Assembly (NCBI GenBank): GCA_040388195.1
Contig: JAZKCF010000022.1
Location: 19,178-83,177, forward strand
DNA length: 64,000 bases
Reading direction: 5' to 3'
From: Pseudomonadota bacterium
GTDB lineage: Bacteria; Pseudomonadota; Gammaproteobacteria; Burkholderiales; DATLHW01
Each line of letters begins with the position of its first letter. Within the stretch, counting starts at the first letter, position 1. Positions 30,133-39,971 of the stretch are shown here, piece by piece. Below the pieces are notes generated by a model, which did no database searches, had not been told where the DNA came from, and saw only the letters and a list, made by a program, of their open reading frames with translations. The translations under genes and the position numbers were made by a program.

Positions 30133-30232
30133 TTATCGTGAGATGAAAAACTAAATGTACAGGTGGTGCATTAGCATCGCCTCCCGCTTCTCCTCCCTGA
30201 GCGGGTGCCTTAATCCCCCTGATTAAGGCTTT

Positions 30233-30270
30233 AACCCCCGGCTTTCCCCTTTGGCCGGGGGTTTATTTCT
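30233..30270. terminator. Bidirectional-type rho-independent terminator just downstream of engB
   Basis: AACCCCCGGC-tttcccctttg-GCCGGGGGTT (10-bp stem), followed by TATTTCTTTAT on the plus strand and flanked by the complementary A-rich tract for the minus strand. It begins 8 nt after the engB stop. Confidence 0.6.
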
Positions 30271-30960
30271 TTATGGCTCCCCACTGCTGGAGTTGGAAGG
30301 GGTTTTCGTAAGCAAGTCCCAAATGGCGGTAATTGCGTCTTCCAATCCTTCGCGGTTAAGACTAGAAAAAAGTTGCACGGAGCTTTGTATAGGAAACTTT
30401 CCCATCTCGCTTTGCACTTCACGCAGCGTTTCGATTTTTGTTTGCCTAGACAATTTGTCGCTCTTGGTCAGCAGCACATGAATAGGTTTATTCGTTGGCG
30501 CAAACCATTCGAGCAACTGACGATCCAACTCCTTCAGCGGATGGCGCGAATCCATAAGCAGCACGAGGCCGCGTAATTGCTCACGCGTTTGCAAGTATCC
30601 ACCTACCAATTCTTGCCATTGTTGCTTAGCGGCGATAGGGGCGCTGGCAAAGCCATAGCCGGGTAAGTCAACGAGAAATCGATCTTCGCTGATGTTAAAA
30701 AAATTGATGTGTTGGGTGCGACCAGGCGTCTTGCTTACGAAGGCTAGCCGGTTACGGGTAGCAATCGTATTAATAGCCCTGGATTTGCCGGCGTTAGAAC
30801 GACCGACAAAAGCGACCTCAGGGCCGGTAGTGTCGGGTAGATCTTTCAGGTGATTAACAGTAGTAAAAAACGCGGTTTGTTGAAACGGATTAGGTGCGCG
30901 TTCTTTGCCTACGGACGAGCCTGGTTTTGCTGGCGATGGGGGCATAAATTCAGGTAACAT
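30271..30960 (-). CDS. engB: Ribosome biogenesis GTPase EngB/YihA
   Basis: 229 aa. G1 [13 protein letters not shown]3 DLPGYG, G4 TKSDK. Confidence 0.9.
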   Translation of the reverse strand: MLPEFMPPSPAKPGSSVGKERAPNPFQQTAFFTTVNHLKDLPDTTGPEVAFVGRSNAGKSRAINTIATRNRLAFVSKTPGRTQHINFFNISEDRFLVDLPGYGFASAPIAAKQQWQELVGGYLQTREQLRGLVLLMDSRHPLKELDRQLLEWFAPTNKPIHVLLTKSDKLSRQTKIETLREVQSEMGKFPIQSSVQLFSSLNREGLEDAITAIWDLLTKTPSNSSSGEP

Positions 30961-30987
30961 AGCAGGTTTGGGATTGCAAATACAAAC

Positions 30988-31129
30988 TAGACTTCTTTCG
31001 GAACCTACTGCGCGGCCTCAAGTTGGGCCAATTAAGGTACTCGAAATCCTCATTGACCTGTATGTCAACTCCGGTTTCTCCGTTCCGACCCAACTGACGA
31101 CCGCTCGCTACGGTTCCGAAAGAAGTCTA
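30988..31129. repeat. Structured intergenic repeat, copy C (divergent engB / cytochrome c4 region)
   Basis: An 18-bp perfect inverted repeat, TAGACTTCTTTCGGAACC (30988-31005) / GGTTCCGAAAGAAGTCTA (31112-31129). It encloses the same end boxes as copy B: TACTGCGCGG (31006-) and CCGCTCGCTACG (-31112). Confidence 0.55.
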
Positions 31130-31152
31130 CTGATTAATTTAAGGAGCATTGC

Positions 31153-31791
31153 ATGAAATACGGATTGGCACTCGCGCTGGTAATGCTGAGCGTGCCTACT
31201 TTTGTTACCGACGCTTTTGCTGTTGACGCGCATACCGCGCCAGTGAAGGCTGACCTTGCTAAAGCTCAGCAGATTGTTACTCAGATTTGCGCGGCCTGCC
31301 ATGGTGCCGACGGTAATAGCACGAGCCCTGCTTATCCGAAACTTGCCGGGCAAAGCGCCGGTTATATTGCTACTCAGCTCTCGTACTTTAAATCCGGCGT
31401 GCGTAAAAACCCGATTATGGCTGGTTTTGCGGCCTCGCTTTCTCCTGACGATATGAAAAATTTGGGTGCTTATTTTGAAAGCCAAGCACCCAAACCGCAA
31501 GCTTCCAAGGATAAAGCGCTTGCCGAACAGGGCGAGAGATTGTACCGCGGCGGTAATGCAGACAAAGGCGCGCCCGCCTGTACTGCCTGCCATGGCCCCA
31601 ACGGCGCAGGTATTCCGGTGCTCTACCCGCGGCTAGCTGGACAACATGCCGATTATGCGCTCGCTCAACTTAAAGCTTATAGTAGCGGCGAGCGAAGTGG
31701 CGGCAACGCGGCACCGATGGTAGCTATTGCTGCAAAGTTGTCAGAAGTAGAAATGAAAGCGCTGGCGGAATATATTGCTGGGCTTCGATAA
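31153..31791 (+). CDS. Diheme cytochrome c4
   Basis: 212 aa. Signal peptide MKYGLALALVMLSVPTFVTDAFA. Two CxxCH heme sites (CAACHG, CTACHG), each followed by a distal Met region. Confidence 0.9.
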   Translation: MKYGLALALVMLSVPTFVTDAFAVDAHTAPVKADLAKAQQIVTQICAACHGADGNSTSPAYPKLAGQSAGYIATQLSYFKSGVRKNPIMAGFAASLSPDDMKNLGAYFESQAPKPQASKDKALAEQGERLYRGGNADKGAPACTACHGPNGAGIPVLYPRLAGQHADYALAQLKAYSSGERSGGNAAPMVAIAAKLSEVEMKALAEYIAGLR

Positions 31792-32217
31792 GTTAAGGCG
31801 AGCCCAAGCAAGCGATACGTTGAATATGGATGATTCATAAATTGGATGGCCCTCGTTTGCCTACTTTTGATTTGTAGAAAAATTTTTATTTGGCTGGGTG
31901 GATGAATAACTACGTTACTTCCCCCGTTGCAAAGTCTTCCTATAAATCAAAGCTTGGCGCTATTTTACGGAACATCCAGTTAAAAAGGGTGGCGAGAGTC
32001 ACCCTTTTCCATTTCCCTTAATTTATTTAAGGGGGCTTCTAAAAATTGATATTTCTAAGCAAGGTAAGGCAAGAACAAAATAAGCCGGTGCAGCATCATA
32101 TTAAATGATATGTGAGGAGGTTTTTTGTGAGTAACGCCGTATTGCACGAAATGTTAATTTCTAGAGACTTCCTTGAGTGGATTTCATAAATTTCCCTAAT
32201 AGAATATGCGGTGAGCA

Positions 32218-34269
32218 ATGAGTTCTACTAGCGTCCGCATTGCGGTTAGGCAGCAATTTTACGCCTTACTGAGCTCCATGCGCTTTGCTGTCAGTCTTTT
32301 GACGGTAATTGCGATTGCCTCGGTAATCGGCACAGTATTGAAGCAAGGCGAGCCTTACACAAATTACGCGTTCCAATTTGGTCAATTCTGGTTTCAGTTG
32401 TTTCACTTGCTGGGTCTTTTCGACGTATATCACACTGGCTGGTTCCTGATTATTCTTGCCTTTCTGGTTCTTTCTACCAGTCTATGTGTTTACCGCAATA
32501 CGCCAGCGATGTTGAAGGAGATGCGAACCTTTAAGGAGAAAGCGTCCGAAACGTCACTTAGAAATTTCGCCCACCGCGCCGAATTTTTAGGTGCGGTAAA
32601 AGGCAATGCAGTGCAGACGTTACGGCAATATTTGGAGCATCAAGGGTTTCGAAGCAAAGTCGTGGAGCGGCCGGAGGGGCAGACTCTAATCGCGGCCAAA
32701 GCCGGTACGCAGAGCCGCTGGGGTTATCTTTTTGCCCATATGGCGATTGTTATTATTTGTCTTGGGGGATTGATGGACGGAAATTTGCCCCTGCAATTGC
32801 AGCAATTCATGGGGACAAAAAAAATCGAAACTCGCGACATTCCGCAAAGTCAGATTCCTCCGCAATCCCGCTTGTCATCCAGTAACCTTTCCTTTCGCGC
32901 GAATGTGACTGTGCCTGAAGGATCGGTAGTTGATGTAGGATTTCAAAGCATTGAGGACGGTTACTTTGTGCAAGAGCTGCCATTTACCATTGAATTAAAA
33001 AAATTCCACATTGAGCATTATTCCACTGGCCAGCCAAAAGCGTTCGCCAGCGATATTATCGTGACCGATAAACAAACCGGTGAGAAAGTGACATCGACTA
33101 TTGAGGTAAACAAACCCCTTATTTATGGCGGCGTGGCGATCTATCAAGCCAGTTTTGCCGATGGCGGGACGGGACTTAAGCTAAAAGCATGGAATTTGGC
33201 CGGTCAAAACATGCAGCCGCTGGCGCTTAATGGGCGCATAAATCAAGTCGGACGATTAACTAGCGGAGATGTGGAATACACCATCGAATTTAATGATTTT
33301 CGTCCGTTCAATATAGAAAACTTTGGCCCGACAGACGAGCAAAAAAACAAAGCTGATGGTCAATCGGCATCATCGACTCGCGCGTCTCATATCTTATCCA
33401 GCTTGCCTTCCAAGAAGAACTTGCACAACGTTGGCCCTAGTTTCCAGTTTAAATTCCGTAACCCTCAGGGGCAGGCGCGGGAATACAATAATTATATGCA
33501 GCCAGTCCAATTAGACGGACATTCGTATTTCCTCACTGGCGTCCGTGAAAATCCCGGCGAAGCATTCCGCTTCATGCGCATTCCCGCTGATGACCAAGGC
33601 TCAGTTGATGGGTTCATGCGTTTAAAGGCGGTGCTTGTAGACCAAACGCTGCGAAAGGCGGCCGCACAACGCTTTGTGAATGCTGCGATGAAAGGCGATG
33701 CGATCAGCGAAGTGTTGCGAGAAAAGCTGCTAGACTCGACCGATCGCGTGCTTACTATTTTCGCCAAAAGCGGTTTTGAGGGTGTAGCGCAATTCCTCGA
33801 AAAAGCAGTGCCCGCCGCCGAGCAGCAGAAAGCTGCTGAAACTTATTTGAAGATCCTCGAAGGTGCTAGCTTGCAAGCATTCGATATTTCCCGGGAGCGT
33901 GCGGGATTGAAGCCCCTTCCAATCGACGATAGTGCAATGAGTTTTGTTCGCGATGCGTTAACGGCAATGAACGATTTTCGTTTGTACGGCTCTCCCGTTT
34001 ACTTGCAACTTGCATCCTTTGACGAAGTGAAGGCGAGTGGTTTTCAGTTGACACGCTCGCCGGGCAAGAGCGTTGTTTATTTTGGATCAATTCTGTTGGT
34101 AGTCGGTATTTTTGCAATGTTTTACATTCGCGAACGGCGCCTATTCTTATTAGTGAAACCCGGTGAATCTCAAGTGCTTTTTGCGATGTCCACTAACCGC
34201 AAGACCCTCGATTTTGAGCGTGAATTTGAGAAGCATCGCGCCACGGTCGGGGAAATTTTGAAAGCTTGA
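32218..34269 (+). CDS. ccsB: Cytochrome c biogenesis protein ResB/Ccs1 (System II)
   Basis: 683 aa. N-terminal TM helices (MRFAVSLLTVIAIASVIGTVLKQGE), a large periplasmic domain and a C-terminal TM segment. Directly precedes ccsA. Confidence 0.88.
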   Translation: MSSTSVRIAVRQQFYALLSSMRFAVSLLTVIAIASVIGTVLKQGEPYTNYAFQFGQFWFQLFHLLGLFDVYHTGWFLIILAFLVLSTSLCVYRNTPAMLKEMRTFKEKASETSLRNFAHRAEFLGAVKGNAVQTLRQYLEHQGFRSKVVERPEGQTLIAAKAGTQSRWGYLFAHMAIVIICLGGLMDGNLPLQLQQFMGTKKIETRDIPQSQIPPQSRLSSSNLSFRANVTVPEGSVVDVGFQSIEDGYFVQELPFTIELKKFHIEHYSTGQPKAFASDIIVTDKQTGEKVTSTIEVNKPLIYGGVAIYQASFADGGTGLKLKAWNLAGQNMQPLALNGRINQVGRLTSGDVEYTIEFNDFRPFNIENFGPTDEQKNKADGQSASSTRASHILSSLPSKKNLHNVGPSFQFKFRNPQGQAREYNNYMQPVQLDGHSYFLTGVRENPGEAFRFMRIPADDQGSVDGFMRLKAVLVDQTLRKAAAQRFVNAAMKGDAISEVLREKLLDSTDRVLTIFAKSGFEGVAQFLEKAVPAAEQQKAAETYLKILEGASLQAFDISRERAGLKPLPIDDSAMSFVRDALTAMNDFRLYGSPVYLQLASFDEVKASGFQLTRSPGKSVVYFGSILLVVGIFAMFYIRERRLFLLVKPGESQVLFAMSTNRKTLDFEREFEKHRATVGEILKA

Positions 34270-34270
34270 C

Positions 34271-35422
34271 ATGGAAGCCGTACATACACCGTTTGCAGAG
34301 TCGCAACCTTCTTATTTGAAACGCCTTAACTGGCCAGATTGGCTATATGCGTTCTTGCTGATCGCAGGGAGCGGCGTTGCCTTTGCCCGCTATGGCGCAT
34401 ATATGAACTCCTATGACAAAGGCATTCTAGTGGGAGCCTGCGCGACGCTGATTGGGCTTGGCTGGTTTTGGAAACCCATTCGCGTATTGCTTGCGGTGAG
34501 TTTTGGCGTGAGTCTCTTCGCTATCTCGTTGTACGATGGCACGCCAGGTAACGAGAGCAAAGTATTTTTTCTGAAGTATTTGATTTCCAGTCAATCGGCG
34601 ATTATGTGGATGAGCGCGCTATTCTTCCTCGCCACCGCCACTTATTGGGTTGGGACACTTTCCCGCTCCGATTTTGCTTGTCGCGTTGGCACAGGATTAA
34701 CCTGGAGCGCTGTGGCAATGGGTCTTGTTGGGCTGCTGGTGCGCTGGTATGAGTCCTACCTCATTGGCGTGGACGTAGGTCATATTCCAATCAGTAATCT
34801 TTACGAAGTGTTCGTGTTGTTCTCATTGATCACGGCACTACTTTACCTTTATTACGAGGGTCGCTACGCAACTCGGCAATTGGGTGCTTTCGTGCTGTTA
34901 GTGATTGCGGCGGCGATCGGATTTTTGCTGTGGTACACCTTCGATCGTCAAGCGCATGAAATTCAGCCGCTAGTGCCAGCGCTACAATCGTGGTGGATGA
35001 AGATACACGTGCCGGCTAATTTCATCGGCTATGGTTCTTTTTCTTTGTCGGCGATGGTAGGCGTTGCTTATTTGTCGGCTGAACGTGGCGTATTGGCAAC
35101 ACGATTGCCTAGTCTGGAAGTGCTTGAAGATGTGATGTACAAGTCGATCGCTATCGGTTTCGGATTTTTCACTATCGCGACTATTCTTGGTGCGATGTGG
35201 GCTGCAGAGGCGTGGGGTGGTTATTGGTCGTGGGATCCAAAGGAGACTTGGGCACTAATCGTTTGGCTTAATTATGCTGCCTGGTTGCATCTGCGATTGG
35301 TGAAGGGATTGCGCGGTCCGGTACTCGCTTGGTGGGCTGTGATTGGATTGCTAGTTACTACGTTTGCCTTCCTGGGGGTGAATATGTTTTTGTCGGGACT
35401 TCACTCTTATGGTCAGCTCTGA
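34271..35422 (+). CDS. ccsA: Cytochrome c-type biogenesis protein CcsA/ResC
   Basis: 383 aa, polytopic. WWD heme-handling motif AEAWGGYWSWDPKETWALIVW. Confidence 0.92.
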   Translation: MEAVHTPFAESQPSYLKRLNWPDWLYAFLLIAGSGVAFARYGAYMNSYDKGILVGACATLIGLGWFWKPIRVLLAVSFGVSLFAISLYDGTPGNESKVFFLKYLISSQSAIMWMSALFFLATATYWVGTLSRSDFACRVGTGLTWSAVAMGLVGLLVRWYESYLIGVDVGHIPISNLYEVFVLFSLITALLYLYYEGRYATRQLGAFVLLVIAAAIGFLLWYTFDRQAHEIQPLVPALQSWWMKIHVPANFIGYGSFSLSAMVGVAYLSAERGVLATRLPSLEVLEDVMYKSIAIGFGFFTIATILGAMWAAEAWGGYWSWDPKETWALIVWLNYAAWLHLRLVKGLRGPVLAWWAVIGLLVTTFAFLGVNMFLSGLHSYGQL

Positions 35423-35494
35423 TTTTGGATTCCCGGCACCGCAGCACAATCGGTAAAAACTGTACATAACAAGATTTGCGCAGATTCTTTTATG

Positions 35495-35525
35495 AAGTCG
35501 GGCTTTATGTCCCGACTTTATTCTG
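35495..35525 (+). terminator. Rho-independent terminator after ccsA
   Basis: AAGTCGGG-ctttatgt-CCCGACTT (8-bp stem), followed by TATTCTGT. Confidence 0.5.
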
Positions 35526-35551
35526 TAAATCCGCGCTTATCTAAATGTCAT

Positions 35552-36841
35552 TTATCTTTCCGTTAAACGAGCAAAAACTTTTTGCGCTGCTGTAACGGTC
35601 TTTTCAATTTCCGCGGGTCCATGTGAAGCGGAAACAAACCCAGCTTCGAATGCTGACGGCGCTAAATAAATCCCCTCGTCCAACATGCCATGGAAGAAGT
35701 GCTTGAACCGTTCGCGGTCGCATTCCATCATTTCCGTATAAGTAGTCGGTACGGCACTGCGGAAGAATAGACCAAACATACTTCCGTGATGATCCGCAGA
35801 AAGTGTGATTCCGGCTGATTTCGCTGCATTCCGTAAACCGCCCAGCAGAGTGTTCGTAATTTCCGCTAGCTTGGTATAGAAGCCTGGTGCTTGGATTAGC
35901 TTTAGTGTTGTCAGTCCTGCTGCCACCGCGACAGGATTGCCCGACAAAGTGCCAGCTTGATACACAGGACCTAATGGAGCTAGCTTCTGCATAATTTCTT
36001 TCCTGCCGCCGAAAGCGCCTACAGGTAAACCGCCGCCAATAATTTTTCCTAAGGTCGTGATATCGGGTGTTATACCGAATTCGCCCTGTGCGCCTTTGGG
36101 GCCTACGCGGAAACCAGTCATTACTTCGTCGAATATCAGTACCACGCCATGCTTTGTGCAAAGATCTCGCATAGTTTCCAAAAAACCCGGCGCTGGATGC
36201 AGGAAGTTCATATTGCCGGCGATTGGTTCGACAATAACCGCCGCAATCGTGTCGCCTAATACAGTGAAGGTCTCTGTCAGCTGCGCGATGTCGTTATAAC
36301 GGAGCACTAGGGTGTTCGTCACAACTTCTTCGGGAACCCCTGCAGAATCCGGATTACCAAAAGTTAGTGCGCCCGATCCTGCCTTTACTAGCAATGCATC
36401 GCCATGGCCGTGATAGCAGCCTTCAAACTTGATAATAATCTTCCGGCCGGTAAATCCGCGTGCAAGGCGTAATGCGCTCATCGTTGCTTCCGTGCCCGAA
36501 CTAACCAACCGCACTTGCTCCATGCTAGGCAGCAAATTGCAAAGAAGCTCGGCCATTTCCAGTTCGATTTCCGTGGGAGCTCCAAAACTGAGGCCTAGGG
36601 CGGCTTTTTCGGTAACCGCTTTTACGACTTCTGGATGTGCGTGACCCAGGATCATCGGCCCCCAAGAGCCGACATAGTCCACATATTCTTTGCCGTCTAC
36701 ATCCGTGATATAGGCGCCTTGGCCTTTAGCAAAGAAACGAGGCGTGCCGCCGACTGAGCGAAAAGCGCGAACGGGGGAATTTACACCGCCCGGAATATAG
36801 TGTTGTGATGCTTCAAAAAGGAGTTCGTTGCGTGAAGTCAT
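35552..36841 (-). CDS. hemL: Glutamate-1-semialdehyde 2,1-aminomutase
   Basis: 429 aa. Class III aminotransferase motifs (..[13 protein letters not shown]..; ..[17 protein letters not shown]..; ..[10 protein letters not shown]). Confidence 0.95.
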   Translation of the reverse strand: MTSRNELLFEASQHYIPGGVNSPVRAFRSVGGTPRFFAKGQGAYITDVDGKEYVDYVGSWGPMILGHAHPEVVKAVTEKAALGLSFGAPTEIELEMAELLCNLLPSMEQVRLVSSGTEATMSALRLARGFTGRKIIIKFEGCYHGHGDALLVKAGSGALTFGNPDSAGVPEEVVTNTLVLRYNDIAQLTETFTVLGDTIAAVIVEPIAGNMNFLHPAPGFLETMRDLCTKHGVVLIFDEVMTGFRVGPKGAQGEFGITPDITTLGKIIGGGLPVGAFGGRKEIMQKLAPLGPVYQAGTLSGNPVAVAAGLTTLKLIQAPGFYTKLAEITNTLLGGLRNAAKSAGITLSADHHGSMFGLFFRSAVPTTYTEMMECDRERFKHFFHGMLDEGIYLAPSAFEAGFVSASHGPAEIEKTVTAAQKVFARLTER

Positions 36842-36845
36842 GGTG

Positions 36846-37481
36846 TTAGCCTATTTCAAATAACTGCGAAAAACATTCGGCGCGAGCGCGAATATTGTCT
36901 GCCTCGAACAATCCAGAAATAACCGCGATTGCGTCAACGCCGGTATCAATTACTTGTTTTGCGTTATCGATCTTGATTCCGCCAATGGCAACAATCGGTA
37001 TGGAAAGCCGGCGCACTGCTTCTTGATACAGTTCCAGCGGTACTGGTGAAGCGTTCGGTTTTGTAGAAGAGGAAAATGCGCTGCCGAAAGCAACATAATC
37101 GGCCCCCAATTTTTCTGCCTCGATGGCGCGCTCAAGGTCGCCATAACAGGAAACGCCAATTAATTTATACGGCAGTCTTCTTCGTGCCGCGGCGACATCG
37201 CTATCATCCTTACCTAAGTGAACGCCATCGGCATTCGTGCTCCATGCCAAATCAATGGAGTCATTGATGATGAAAACTGCATCCTGTGCTTTGGCGAGTG
37301 CAGCTAGAGCGTCTGCTTGCCATAAACGGTGCGCTATATCGTCTGATTTGTTACGGTATTGAATGATGCGTGCGCCACCGGCTATTACTTCACGGACCTT
37401 TTCCAGGAGCAATTCAGTAGAAAGTCCGTCAGGGGTAATCGCGTAAAGGCCTTTAATCTTTTTCTTTTTCATTTTCGTCAT
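36846..37481 (-). CDS. thiE: Thiamine-phosphate synthase
   Basis: Motifs: LYAITPD.., IQYRNK.., VHLGKDD.., VAIGGI. I chose ATG 37481 ([18 protein letters not shown]); the ORF track begins at 37538. Overlaps the thiD 3' end by 29 nt. Confidence 0.88.
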   Translation of the reverse strand: MTKMKKKKIKGLYAITPDGLSTELLLEKVREVIAGGARIIQYRNKSDDIAHRLWQADALAALAKAQDAVFIINDSIDLAWSTNADGVHLGKDDSDVAAARRRLPYKLIGVSCYGDLERAIEAEKLGADYVAFGSAFSSSTKPNASPVPLELYQEAVRRLSIPIVAIGGIKIDNAKQVIDTGVDAIAVISGLFEADNIRARAECFSQLFEIG

Positions 37482-38328
37482 CCCGAGCCCAAAAAAGTCG
37501 ATCTGGGATATGTTGGCCCATACCCAAACGAAAGGCATTATGTAATGTTTGCCACGTATACTCTTGGCCTTCTCGTACGGCGTCCACCACGTCGAAGCCT
37601 CGTGCCAGGGTTGCTGCGATCGCTGAGGCTAACGTACAGCCGGAGCCATGATAACTCCCGGTAAGGCGCTGCCAGGTGTCGGTCCGCACCAACCCTTCGC
37701 GACGGTATAAAGTATTAATAACTTGCGAGGTGTTCTCGTGAGTGCCGGTAATGAGCACGTATTCACAGCCAAGTTCCAGCAACCGCTGCGCACATCCTTC
37801 CAGGTCCAATTCTTCATCATCGTCGTCTTCGTCAACGAGTCGGCGGGCTTCCAAGCTATTGGGTGTGATAATTGTGCTTTGCGGAATAATCAGCTCGCGC
37901 ATGGCGGCAATCATGTCGTCATTGACAAGTTCGTTACCTTCACCAGAAGCAAGGACGGGATCCAAAATGAGCGGAATATCGGGATAATCCGCTAGCACTT
38001 CCGCGATGCCTGCGATAATTTCCGTACTACCTAACAGCCCGATCTTGAAAGCGGCCACCGGCATGTCTTCCAGCACGCAGCGCGCTTGGTCGATGACCCA
38101 TTCGACATCTAGTGGCATCACATCTTCAACGCCGACACTATCTTGAATGGTGATTGCGGTGACAACTGAAACGGGATGGCAGCCCAAGCTGCTAATCGTT
38201 AGTAAATCGGCTTGTAGGCCGGCGCCACCGGTCGGATCGGAGGCGGCGATAGTCATTACCACAGGAGGTTGAAAAGGCATCAATTGGGTAGCCTCGAAAA
38301 ATATGGAAAGTGCCGCGCAGCTCAACAA
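37453..38328 (-). CDS. thiD: Hydroxymethylpyrimidine/phosphomethylpyrimidine kinase
   Basis: Motifs: VMTIAASDPTGGAGLQADL.., FKIGLLGS.., LITGTH.., GSGCTLASAIAA. The real start is probably ATG 38280 (MPFQPPVVMT..). Confidence 0.92.
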   Translation of the reverse strand: MLSCAALSIFFEATQLMPFQPPVVMTIAASDPTGGAGLQADLLTISSLGCHPVSVVTAITIQDSVGVEDVMPLDVEWVIDQARCVLEDMPVAAFKIGLLGSTEIIAGIAEVLADYPDIPLILDPVLASGEGNELVNDDMIAAMRELIIPQSTIITPNSLEARRLVDEDDDDEELDLEGCAQRLLELGCEYVLITGTHENTSQVINTLYRREGLVRTDTWQRLTGSYHGSGCTLASAIAATLARGFDVVDAVREGQEYTWQTLHNAFRLGMGQHIPDRLFWARDDENEKEKD

Positions 38329-38750
38329 GTCTGCTGGTTAATAATGTCGTTCGTATGATGTAGCGAATATTAGGAGGTCTTAGTGAATTAACGCTAAATC
38401 ATCCTGATTTATTGAAATGAACGGGCAAACAGCAACTCAACGGCTAACGCAACACACATAACAAATGAAAATTTAGTTAGTAAAAAATTTCTGCGCGAGG
38501 TGAAAGTCATGGTGTGATCGAGAGGGCTATGTGTTATGAAGTTTGATTCCTGTCAAAGCAGGCCCTACCATTGCGCTGCATATTACACTATGCGGCAAAA
38601 AAACCGTGTGTCGCCACCTCTATTTATATTCTAATCCAAAAGCATGTTTCGGATTGGCGGTATACGCAGAGAAGCGACGTCAAATGACTTATAACGCGCC
38701 GTTTGAATGCTTGCGGCGAATGTAAAATCTGAAAAGGTGAAAGTTAAAGT

Positions 38751-38936
38751 ATGAATTCTGTGGAAGCTGGTTTTAAGACCTACATGTGTCTCATTTGTGG
38801 CTTCATTTATGAAGAAAAAGATGGGTTGCCTAAAGAGGGAATCGCTCCCGGTACGCGTTGGGAAGATGTTCCGCCTAATTGGGTTTGCCCGGAATGCGGT
38901 GCGCGAAAAGAAGATTTCGAAATGATTGAAATCTGA
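38751..38936 (+). CDS. Rubredoxin
   Basis: 61 aa. YMCLICGFIYEE...WEDVPPNWVCPECGARKEDFEMIEI carries the two CxxCG knuckles. Confidence 0.92.
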   Translation: MNSVEAGFKTYMCLICGFIYEEKDGLPKEGIAPGTRWEDVPPNWVCPECGARKEDFEMIEI

Positions 38937-39195
38937 GCAAAGCATCGAGGAAACCGCTAAAGTTGGCTTTAAAAGTGGGTGTGCGTATTTCCACAAAAGC
39001 TAAAAAAATTAGCGAATTGCACTTGTTTTTTAAAGCAGTTAGGAATAGTCTTTAAGCGAGGTTTATGCTCCGCTAAATGGGCAGTGTGGTGAGCACTTAA
39101 TAACCACCTGTTTAAACGAGTAAGTCGGCTGTGTTAGCGCTTTTCGTTAGCGGTTACGGCAATGTGACGAGGTCCATTTCGGGGAGGGCGACGTA

Positions 39196-39588
39196 GTGAC
39201 GCAGGCGTCGGGTAATTTTCGAGTCATGGTGATCGACGATAGCAATACGATTCGTCGCAGCGCCGAGATATTTCTCAAGCAGGCCGGCCACGAGGTCATC
39301 CTAGCCGAGGATGGTTTCGACGCGTTGGCCAAAATTTCCGATCATCACCCCGATATTATTTTTGTTGACATCATGATGCCGCGCTTAGATGGGTATCAAA
39401 CTTGTTCGCTAATTAAAAAAAATAGCCAATTCAAATCCACGCCAGTCATCATGCTTTCGTCGAAAGACAGTTTGTTTGACCGTGCTCGTGGCCGGATGGT
39501 GGGGTCAGATGAGTACCTCACCAAACCTTTCACCAAGGAAACCTTGTTGCGGGCGGTCAATGCTCACGCTACAAGCGACGTTAAATAG
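39196..39588 (+). CDS. pilG: Twitching-motility response regulator PilG (CheY-like)
   Basis: 130 aa with a GTG start. Receiver motifs: VMVIDDS, DIIFVDIMMPRLDG, MLSSKD, YLTKPF. First gene of the pilGHIJ-chpA order. Confidence 0.87.
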   Translation: MTQASGNFRVMVIDDSNTIRRSAEIFLKQAGHEVILAEDGFDALAKISDHHPDIIFVDIMMPRLDGYQTCSLIKKNSQFKSTPVIMLSSKDSLFDRARGRMVGSDEYLTKPFTKETLLRAVNAHATSDVK

Positions 39589-39600
39589 AACGAGGAAACC

Positions 39601-39966
39601 ATGGCAATTAAACGTATTTTGGTGGTTGACGACTCTCCAACGGAACGCGCCTATTTGCAAGGGTTGCTGACGAAAAAAGGCTACGAAGTAATTACAGCCG
39701 AGAGTGGCGAGGAAGGCATTGCAAAAGCGAAGAGTGTTAAGCCGGACCTCATCATCATGGACGTGGTGATGCCGGGCTTAAACGGTTTTCAGGCAACTCG
39801 TCAAATAACCAAAGATGACGAAACCAAGAATATTCCAGTGATTATGTGCACCACTAAAAGTCTGGAAACGGACAAGATTTGGGGTATGCGTCAAGGCGCT
39901 AAGGACTACATGATTAAGCCGGTCAAGGAAGAGGAGTTGTTTGCCAAGATTGCGGCATTGAGTTAA
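39601..39966 (+). CDS. pilH: Twitching-motility response regulator PilH (CheY-like)
   Basis: 121 aa. Motifs: ILVVDDSPTE, DLIIMDVVMPGLNG, YMIKPV. Confidence 0.87.
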   Translation: MAIKRILVVDDSPTERAYLQGLLTKKGYEVITAESGEEGIAKAKSVKPDLIIMDVVMPGLNGFQATRQITKDDETKNIPVIMCTTKSLETDKIWGMRQGAKDYMIKPVKEEELFAKIAALS

Positions 39967-39971
39967 GCGAC

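Noticed and set aside
31108-31593. 161-aa ORF antisense to cytochrome c4.
   Set aside because: It lies fully within the well-supported diheme c4 gene on the other strand, and its Arg/Ser/Gly-rich composition carries no motifs.
31983-32008. Hairpin AAAAGGGTG-n8-CACCCTTTT about 190 nt downstream of cytochrome c4, considered as its terminator.
   Set aside because: Only 5 G-C/strong pairs. The T-run is consumed in the stem, and it lies far from the stop codon. This is too weak to annotate.
35604-36161. 185-aa alternative-frame ORF on the same strand inside hemL.
   Set aside because: It is an off-frame reading of a highly conserved aminotransferase gene, with an Arg-rich composition typical of frame-shifted GC-rich codons.
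38329-38750. Looked for a second TPP riboswitch upstream of the thiD-thiE-hemL transcription unit.
   Set aside because: The minus strand of this 422-bp spacer has no UGAGA / ACCUGAUCxGGAUAAUxCC core, so only thiC carries a recognisable THI-box.
38631-38996. 121-aa ORF antisense to rubredoxin, and the nearby 60-aa ORF at 38543-38725.
   Set aside because: The rubredoxin frame has unmistakable CxxCG motifs. The antisense ORF has no motifs or RBS, and the 60-aa ORF lies in a promoter-like AT-rich spacer.
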